Made by a program: the position numbers and the translations under genes
In this document: piece after piece, positions 57,778-64,000 of the stretch
Numbering within the stretch: position 1 is the stretch's first letter
Layout of the letters: each line of letters starts with the position of its first letter
Notes under the pieces: model-generated
The model's input: the letters and a program-made list of their open reading frames with translations, nothing else
Databases searched by the model: none
What the model was told of the DNA's origin: nothing
From: Actinomycetales bacterium
GTDB taxonomy: Bacteria > Actinomycetota > Actinomycetes > Nanopelagicales > Nanopelagicaceae
DNA: 64,000 nt
Assembly (NCBI GenBank): GCA_018969585.1
Contig: JAGWYB010000001.1
Location: forward strand, 4,821-68,820
Reading direction: 5' to 3'

Positions 57778-58642
57778 TTAAGCAAAGGGTACATGGTTTA
57801 TTAGATAGGAATTCCATCGCATCCGCTACAGATGTCACAATTTCTGCGCATCTCTCACCTATTAGTCGATGGCAGCCATCACTGGAAGGCGAATTTATCG
57901 GTCCTGGCACAGCGAGAACTATCCTAAGAAGTTCTGCCGCGTCGCGAGCCGTTCTTAATGAACCACTTCGGAAAGCAGCCTCAACCACGATTGTGGCTTT
58001 AGCTAATGCGGCAATCAATCGATTCCGAGTAAGAAATCTCTCTGGGCGGGCACGCTCGGTTGGCATAACTTCTGAGATCAATGCACCATTTTCTAGTATT
58101 TCATCGAACAATCTTTCGTTTCCGGCTGGATAACTAACGGAAATTCCTGATGCTAAAACTGCGATGGTTCTTCCCTCTGCTGCTAAGGCGCCGCGGTGGG
58201 CGTGAGTGTCGATTCCGTAAGCTCCACCGCTAATTATTGTGACGCCACGATCGACAAAACCAGAGGCAAATTCGCTCGCAATTCTTGCGCCATAAGTAGT
58301 CGGATTTCGCGTTCCAACTATCGCTACCGAATTACAGTTTTCTATATTGCCACGAATAATTAATCCAATAGGTGGAACGAGAAGATCTCGAATTTGATGA
58401 GGCCAAGCTTCATCCTCTTCTGTGATGAATACCCCTTTGGACTCAAGAATCTCGCTAGCCAAGCTTTCGACCGGCGTCTTTAAGCGCTCTCGAATCTTCA
58501 TGGCGGAGCGGCGTTTCCATTCGAAATTTTGATCTAGTAAATTTTCCAATACTTGTTCCGCTCCATTTTTTGCTATCTCATCCAACCAATATTTATCGCC
58601 AGGTTCAATCGCATGAAACAGGCGTAGCTTTGTGAGATTCAT
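57767..58642 (-). CDS. dprA: DNA-processing protein DprA
   Basis: 291 aa with the Rossmann-like core GGAYGIDTHAHRGAL. Confidence 0.85.
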   Translation of the reverse strand: MNLTKLRLFHAIEPGDKYWLDEIAKNGAEQVLENLLDQNFEWKRRSAMKIRERLKTPVESLASEILESKGVFITEEDEAWPHQIRDLLVPPIGLIIRGNIENCNSVAIVGTRNPTTYGARIASEFASGFVDRGVTIISGGAYGIDTHAHRGALAAEGRTIAVLASGISVSYPAGNERLFDEILENGALISEVMPTERARPERFLTRNRLIAALAKATIVVEAAFRSGSLRTARDAAELLRIVLAVPGPINSPSSDGCHRLIGERCAEIVTSVADAMEFLSNKPCTLCLNAS

Positions 58643-60156
58643 TCGCTATCGATTCCAGTGCGCAGATTTAACGCGCGCTCTATCGCAGACCTATCGGGAC
58701 TGCTCTCGCCAGACAGATCGGAGATACTCCAAGCAGTTCGAAGAATTCGATGATAACCCCGTGCGCTTATTACTTCTCTATCGAATAACTCATTCAATAA
58801 AGACATCGCCTCTCGTTTCGCTCGATATCTAGTTCTAAGTAAATGCGGAGGTATCTGAGAATTTGTTTTAAAGTTTTCACCTATAAATCGCTCAGCTGCA
58901 ATTTTGCGAGCATTAAGAACGCGATTTCTGACGATTTCACTCGACTCTTTTGATTCCGACACTAATTCAGTTCGAGTTGGAGCTTCTACTTTGATTCTGA
59001 TATCGATTCGATCAAGAAGTGGACCTGAGAGCCTTCCCAGATACCTTCTTATCTGATGTGACGAACATTCACAGTTTCGTCCTCTCCCTGAAAACTTTCC
59101 GCAAGGGCAAGGATTTGCTGCTAAAACCAGAATAAATTTCGCCGGATAGTTTGCGCTCTGATTTGCTCTAGAAATACCTATCGCGCCTGACTCCATTGGC
59201 TGTCTTAGCGCATCCAAAATTCCCACGGAGCATTCCGTTGCTTCATCAATGAATAGCACGCCGTTATGTGCGAGCGAACAGGCGCCCGGCTTTATTGAGT
59301 TAGATCCGCCTCCTACCAAAGCTGGAATAGTTGTTGAGTGATGAGGCGAAATAAATGGAGGTTCGTAACTTATGGCTTCGCGAGGATTTAATTTACCTGC
59401 AATCGAATGTATCCCCGCTACCTCAATCGCCTCAGATTCAGTCAATGGCGGAAGAATTGTAGGAAGCCGTTCTGCCAACATAGTTTTACCGGTTCCTGGA
59501 GCGCCAATCAACAAGATGTTGTGACAACCTGCGGCCGCAACTCCCAGAGCAAATTTTGCTTCTTCCTGGCCAGCTACTTCAGAGAAATCTTTCGTACGCT
59601 CACTTCTCTTTAAATCAATTAACGTTGGATTCTCAAAAGTCTGTGTACCGCTGAGATATGCGATAACACTCTTTAGGTCTGGAAGCGCAATGGCATTCAT
59701 CTCTTTGAGAATCTTGGCTTCACCATATGAATCTTGAGGAACAATTACGCTCTGAAATCCATGATGCATCGCTGAGATCAACATCGGCAGCAGTCCCCTG
59801 ATTGGACGTAATCCACCTTCAAGTGAGAGCTCGCCAATAAATAGGGTCCCAATCGTGCGCTTCTCTTCAATCTGAGCGGTTGCCATCAAGATTGCCAATG
59901 CGATTGGTAAATCAAAAGCAGATCCGCTTTTTGGAAGCCAGGCTGGAGAAAGAGAAACAGTTAATTTCTTATTTGGCCAATTAAAACCACTATTCAAAAT
60001 TGCAGCTCGGATTCGCTCTCTCGCCTCGCTTAACGTGGCATCCGGAAGTCCAAGAAGAGAGTAAGAGGGCAATCCATTTGATACATCTACCTCGATATCT
60101 ATCAATGAACCGGACAAGCCTGAGAGGGTGATTCCCTGCAGTTTTGCAAGCGTCAA
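58639..60156 (-). CDS. comM: YifB/ComM family Mg-chelatase-like ATPase
   Basis: 505 aa with an N-terminal Lon-protease-like domain, the Walker A motif GAPGTGKTM, and a cysteine cluster CPCGKFSGRGRNCEC. Confidence 0.88.
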   Translation of the reverse strand: MTLAKLQGITLSGLSGSLIDIEVDVSNGLPSYSLLGLPDATLSEARERIRAAILNSGFNWPNKKLTVSLSPAWLPKSGSAFDLPIALAILMATAQIEEKRTIGTLFIGELSLEGGLRPIRGLLPMLISAMHHGFQSVIVPQDSYGEAKILKEMNAIALPDLKSVIAYLSGTQTFENPTLIDLKRSERTKDFSEVAGQEEAKFALGVAAAGCHNILLIGAPGTGKTMLAERLPTILPPLTESEAIEVAGIHSIAGKLNPREAISYEPPFISPHHSTTIPALVGGGSNSIKPGACSLAHNGVLFIDEATECSVGILDALRQPMESGAIGISRANQSANYPAKFILVLAANPCPCGKFSGRGRNCECSSHQIRRYLGRLSGPLLDRIDIRIKVEAPTRTELVSESKESSEIVRNRVLNARKIAAERFIGENFKTNSQIPPHLLRTRYRAKREAMSLLNELFDREVISARGYHRILRTAWSISDLSGESSPDRSAIERALNLRTGIDSE

Positions 60157-60524
60157 GAAATACCTTTTCTATAATCTAAAGTTATTTCGCCAGAACGAGA
60201 GATGATTACTCCGGCAGAGTCGATCCGATATGGATTCCCTAGTCGTAAATTGGTGGCTAGCCAAGCAAGGGCTAGTTTTTGAATTCGAAAAAGTTTTTTC
60301 CGATCAATACTTTCAAGGGGATCACCAAAAGCGATACTGGTACGAGTCTTAACTTCTACAAAAATGATTAACCCATTTTGATCCCTAGCCACAATATCAA
60401 GTTCACCTTCTCGAACTCGCCAATTTCGAGACATAATCTGGTATCCAATTTTTGTAAGGTAGTCCGCTACGAATTGTTCGCCGTTCTCACCTAATTTGGA
60501 TGCTTTGGGTGTCAGAGCCACCAC
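60153..60524 (-). CDS. yraN: YraN family (UPF0102) endonuclease-like protein
   Basis: 123 aa with the motif GELDIVARD...FVEVKTR. Confidence 0.8.
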   Translation of the reverse strand: MVALTPKASKLGENGEQFVADYLTKIGYQIMSRNWRVREGELDIVARDQNGLIIFVEVKTRTSIAFGDPLESIDRKKLFRIQKLALAWLATNLRLGNPYRIDSAGVIISRSGEITLDYRKGIS

Positions 60525-60577
60525 AGCAAACTAGACTCAAAATATTGACTATTTAAAGCTAAATAATTATCTGTGGA

Positions 60578-61174
60578 TTAAAGAAATTTAGCGATATTTG
60601 AGTAGCTTCTTCGGTGGATACTCGATACTCCTAATTCTCGCAAAGCAGTATCGTGGGCCGCTGTTGCATATCCTTTATGCTCCGATAGACGATAGCCTGG
60701 AAATTCTCGATCTAGTTCGGTCATCAATCTATCGCGATGCACTTTAGCAATTATGGAAGCCGCGGAAATTGATAATGCGACTTGATCACCTTTCCATACA
60801 GCTAAATTTGCAATACTCAATCCCGGAACTTCGTAGCCATCAGTCAGAACATAATCTGGTTGTACAGATAGCGAATTTATTGCTCGCCGCATGCCTTCAA
60901 TGTTGCACTTATGCAGCCCTTTCTCATCAATTTCGAAAGGTGAAATCTCAATTATTGAATAGGATATTGAGTTATCCAATATTTGTGGAAACAGTTTCTC
61001 ACGCTTAGCGGGCGATAGTTCTTTAGAATCTCTAACTTCCTCTAACGAGGAATTTTCCAAGTCCGCAAGAATTACGGCGGCTACGACAAGTGGCCCGGCG
61101 CAAGCACCACGGCCGGCTTCATCTACGCCGGCAATTCTCTTAATGCCCGATTTTTGGAGTTTTTTATCAATCAC
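60578..61174 (-). CDS. rnhB: Ribonuclease HII
   Basis: 198 aa with GVDEAGRGACAGP and DSKELS motifs. Confidence 0.92.
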   Translation of the reverse strand: MIDKKLQKSGIKRIAGVDEAGRGACAGPLVVAAVILADLENSSLEEVRDSKELSPAKREKLFPQILDNSISYSIIEISPFEIDEKGLHKCNIEGMRRAINSLSVQPDYVLTDGYEVPGLSIANLAVWKGDQVALSISAASIIAKVHRDRLMTELDREFPGYRLSEHKGYATAAHDTALRELGVSSIHRRSYSNIAKFL

Positions 61175-61842
61175 TTAGTTAATGGAATTTTTGCTAAATC
61201 AGAGCCGCGTTCGATTAATCCAAAATTTGAAATAGGCCAGATAACTACGACAGCTTTTCCTGTGACGCGGCTCAAGGGCACCATTCCCTTGTTGGGGTCA
61301 TCGGTGTGGAATCGCGAATCTGCACTGGCTCCCCGGTGATCTCCCATGACCCAGACGAAATCCTTTGGAACTTTGACATCAAATTTCATTTCAGAGGCTG
61401 CGTCTCCAGGATAAATATATGGTTCGTTCACCGGAACTCCATTTATCTCTAGTTTCCCTTCGGTATTGCAACAGACAACTCGATCTCCACCGACTCCAAT
61501 GATGCGTTTAATCAAGAATTGTTTGGCTGGATCTGGAAGCACGCCGACGAAAACTAGTGAATCCTTAATAACCTTACCGAGCCCAGCACTTTCCTCGGTA
61601 ACTGGTGGTAACCAATCCGCCGGATCTCGGAAAACAACTACATCGCCGCGTTTTACCTCACTGAAAAGTGCGCCGAACTTATTAACACCTACGCGATCAT
61701 TTACGAGCAAGGTGTTTTCCATGGAGCCAGATGGGATATAGAAGAATTGGATAAGAAATGTCTTAATTATTATGGAGAGAATTAGCGCCGATACAACCAG
61801 AATCGGAAGTTCGCGAAGGGTGGAACCTTTGCGAGAGGCCAT
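61171..61842 (-). CDS. lepB: Signal peptidase I
   Basis: 223 aa with an N-terminal TM helix, the catalytic Ser box IPSGSMENTL, the Lys box KRIIGVGGD, and GDHRGASADSR. Confidence 0.92.
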   Translation of the reverse strand: MASRKGSTLRELPILVVSALILSIIIKTFLIQFFYIPSGSMENTLLVNDRVGVNKFGALFSEVKRGDVVVFRDPADWLPPVTEESAGLGKVIKDSLVFVGVLPDPAKQFLIKRIIGVGGDRVVCCNTEGKLEINGVPVNEPYIYPGDAASEMKFDVKVPKDFVWVMGDHRGASADSRFHTDDPNKGMVPLSRVTGKAVVVIWPISNFGLIERGSDLAKIPLTK

Positions 61843-61845
61843 TAC

Positions 61846-62322
61846 TTAAGCTTGGGTTTTCTCTTCAGATTCAGGAGCAACTTCGGCTGTATCGATTACT
61901 TCTGCAGGTGTCGACTGATTCGAATCAATTGCAGAATTTTCGGATGGGCTATCAGAATAAATCGTTTCTAGATCAGCTCCGCCGCGACGCTCACGAATTT
62001 TAGCTGCCTTACCTCGCAGATCACGGAGATAATAAAGTTTTGATCGGCGAACTTCGCCTTTGCGCACTAGTTCAATTTTCTCAATAACCGGAGCGTGAAC
62101 CGGAAAGACGCGTTCTACTCCGACACCGTAAGAGATTTTTCTGACTGTAAAAGTTTCGCGGATGCCAGAACCTTTTCGAGAAATGACTAACCCTTGGAAG
62201 ACCTGGATACGACTCTTGTTTCCTTCAATAACTCGAACATGAACCTTCAACTCATCGCCGGGTCGGAAATTAGGGATGTCTTTGCGGAGCGATGTTGCAT
62301 CAACCGCGTCAAGTACGTTCAT
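61846..62322 (-). CDS. rplS: 50S ribosomal protein L19 with an acidic C-terminal extension
   Basis: 158 aa. The core ([26 protein letters not shown]...) matches L19. About 40 extra Ser/Glu/Asp/Ala-rich residues follow it. Confidence 0.92.
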   Translation of the reverse strand: MNVLDAVDATSLRKDIPNFRPGDELKVHVRVIEGNKSRIQVFQGLVISRKGSGIRETFTVRKISYGVGVERVFPVHAPVIEKIELVRKGEVRRSKLYYLRDLRGKAAKIRERRGGADLETIYSDSPSENSAIDSNQSTPAEVIDTAEVAPESEEKTQA

Positions 62323-62386
62323 GGCTATTTCCTTACAGTTGGTCTTGGGCTAACCGCCGTATCCTGCCATAAGGCACCACTAAGCG

Positions 62387-63202
62387 CTAAATCGCCTTGA
62401 TCCAGCGCCCATCCGTAATCAATTCCTGGCCTAATTCGCGATAAAGGGTAGGACCAGCGACCAGAACAAAGTTCTGTGCTCCGCTAGGAATTAAAGGTAC
62501 GGCTAGAAAATTAGCTCCAGCTTCACGCGCTATTAATCCAGCTGCAGCAAAATCCCATTCATATACACCAGCTTCATAATAGGCATCGAGCACCCCCGAA
62601 GCCACCAAACAGATATCTACAGCGCACGCACCTAATCTTCTTATGTCGCGTATTCTCTTTATTAAATTGCTAAAAAATTCACCTTGCGCAAATCTCGATT
62701 CCAAATCATATGAAAATCCGGTTCCAACTAAAGATTTAGAAAGCGGAATAGGTTCATTGCATTTTATGGCTTCGCCATTGCATTCTGCACCTTGATGGAG
62801 CACCGCGCTCCACGTTTTGCCCAGTGTTGGAGCATGAACAACTCCAACGACTACCTTATCGCCTTGTTTAATTGCGATACTTATGCACCATCCAGGAACG
62901 CCATAAAGATAATTTACGGTTCCATCAATTGGGTCTACGACCCAAGTAAATTCACTTGATCCACTCTTAGTAGCACCCTCTTCACCTAGAATTGAATCGT
63001 CTGGACGTATTTTTTTGATTCGATTTGTTATTAATTCTTCACTCGCCTGGTCCATCTGTGTTGCGAAGTCCAAAGCTCCACTCTTCTCCGAAAGATCAAA
63101 TTTTTTGGGTCTTTCTGACAATAAGTCACCAGCTTCGCAGGCGATTTTTAGGGCAAGATTTCTTAATTCGATCAGTTCGGTCATATCCGAATCTAAGCAC
63201 AA
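62387..63202 (-). CDS. Inositol monophosphatase family protein
   Basis: 271 aa with LGEEG and WVVDPIDGTVNY metal-binding motifs. The start could instead be the Met at residue 7. Confidence 0.85.
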   Translation of the reverse strand: MCLDSDMTELIELRNLALKIACEAGDLLSERPKKFDLSEKSGALDFATQMDQASEELITNRIKKIRPDDSILGEEGATKSGSSEFTWVVDPIDGTVNYLYGVPGWCISIAIKQGDKVVVGVVHAPTLGKTWSAVLHQGAECNGEAIKCNEPIPLSKSLVGTGFSYDLESRFAQGEFFSNLIKRIRDIRRLGACAVDICLVASGVLDAYYEAGVYEWDFAAAGLIAREAGANFLAVPLIPSGAQNFVLVAGPTLYRELGQELITDGRWIKAI

Positions 63203-63216
63203 GTAGACTTCTCAAA

Positions 63217-64000
63217 ATGCAACACAACTACCGAAGACTTTTTAGCGTTCCTGGTGGTTGGAAGTTTTCATTTGCGGCATTTATTCTGCGATTACCAATA
63301 TCGATGCTTTATTTGGCGATGGTTCTTTTTGTGGTCGCAGAAACCAACTCTTACTCCATGGCAGGCGCTTTATCCATGGCTGCCTCAATTGTGATTTCAA
63401 TTGCAGCTCCACTTTGGTCAAGGGCTGCAGACCAATATGGACAGACGCGAATACTTAAGATTACCGCTCCATTACATATATTTTTTATGGCAGCTTTCGT
63501 TATATTGTTGAAATCTGATGCGCCAACAATCTTATGGTTTACCAGCGCATTGCTGTTTGAGTCTTTTGTAATTGGCTCGGGTCAAATGGTTAGGCGTCGT
63601 TGGATTTACGCCATCGGAGAAAAGGACAAAGTTCTTACCGATACAGCCTATTCATTTGAAGCCTTTGTTGACGAAGTAATTTTTACTTCAGGCCCAGTGC
63701 TGGCAACTTTACTTGCCGCATACTTCGCTCCTGAATACGCCATTTTTGCCGCAATGTTTTTTGTGGCTACGGGGGCTTACCTTTTCGCAAGACAAAGAGC
63801 TAGTGAACCAAAGCCGCATCCAAGAAATCCAGAAGCAGATCATTCACTACTCATAAAGGAAAGATTTGTACAGGCAGTCTTTCTTCCGCTCGTTCTCTGT
63901 GGATCTTTTTTTAGCGCCGCAGGTTTAGTAATAGTCGGTTACGCCGATGAGTTTGGTGAGCGTGAATTCAGCGGACTTTTAGTTGCTATCTGGTCTCTAG
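63217..64000 (+). CDS. MFS-type transporter, C-terminus runs off the window
   Basis: The open frame from ATG 63217 (MQHNYRRLFSVPGGWKFSFAAFILRLPISMLYLAMVLFV...) continues to the window end through successive hydrophobic helices. It is absent from the ORF track because there is no stop codon. Confidence 0.65.
   Translation, partial: MQHNYRRLFSVPGGWKFSFAAFILRLPISMLYLAMVLFVVAETNSYSMAGALSMAASIVISIAAPLWSRAADQYGQTRILKITAPLHIFFMAAFVILLKSDAPTILWFTSALLFESFVIGSGQMVRRRWIYAIGEKDKVLTDTAYSFEAFVDEVIFTSGPVLATLLAAYFAPEYAIFAAMFFVATGAYLFARQRASEPKPHPRNPEADHSLLIKERFVQAVFLPLVLCGSFFSAAGLVIVGYADEFGEREFSGLLVAIWSL

Noticed and set aside
1-64000. A search for CRISPR arrays, IS elements, transposases, integrases, phage genes, toxin-antitoxin pairs, restriction-modification or other defence genes, tRNA and rRNA.
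   Set aside because: None was found. Every ORF over 90 aa that is not antisense to a known gene is accounted for by housekeeping or metabolic functions. No spacer-repeat periodicity or long terminal inverted repeats were seen. The largest non-coding stretches (5642..5890, 12243..12371, 25158..25284 and 25717..25878) are explained by regulatory elements.

Overview
This window is densely packed chromosomal core DNA from an actinobacterium. By eye it is AT-richer than classical Actinobacteria, and the compact gene spacing suggests a streamlined freshwater type such as acI/Nanopelagicales; that assignment is inference only. About 66 protein genes are called. I found no tRNA, rRNA, CRISPR array, transposase, integrase or phage genes.

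Layout, left to right:
- dnaE1 (truncated at the window edge), rluD, lspA, and a Lys-rich DksA/TraR protein.
- A T-box leader followed by ileS.
- A complete dcw/division cluster on the minus strand, running from mraZ through rsmH, ftsL-like, ftsI, murE, murF, mraY, murD, ftsW, murG, murC, ftsQ, ftsZ, pgeF, yggS and sepF to yggT.
- A DUF3040-like gene.
- A cassette fronted by a LexA box: a 95-aa orphan, dnaE2 and dinB.
- A translationally coupled chain of doxX, tauE, ybaK-like and hydrolase genes that leads into a carotenoid-tailoring operon (CrtA-like, CruF-like, GT2, CrtD-like).
- A CDP-alcohol phosphatidyltransferase and metF.
- crtE-crtI-crtB and crtYc/crtYd.
- pnuC plus a small P-loop kinase, then a PASTA Ser/Thr kinase.
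- nfo, ltaE, ogt, aroG, pfk and an Fe-S (6-4)-type photolyase.
- Divergent glgC/glgA.
- The era, dprA, comM, yraN, rnhB, lepB and rplS block, an IMPase and a truncated MFS gene.

Items most worth follow-up:
1. The SOS-box-controlled orphan + DnaE2 + catalytically intact DinB cassette, which lacks ImuA/ImuB.
2. The second carotenoid operon, which predicts a myxol-like monocyclic carotenoid glycoside.
3. The pnuC-coupled Nrk/Udk-like kinase.
4. Three cis-regulatory elements: a GC-rich hairpin between mraZ and rsmH, 10-nt phased repeats upstream of mraZ, and a translational ileS T-box.
5. The absence of divIVA at its canonical position.

Nothing resembles a defence island or a mobile element.
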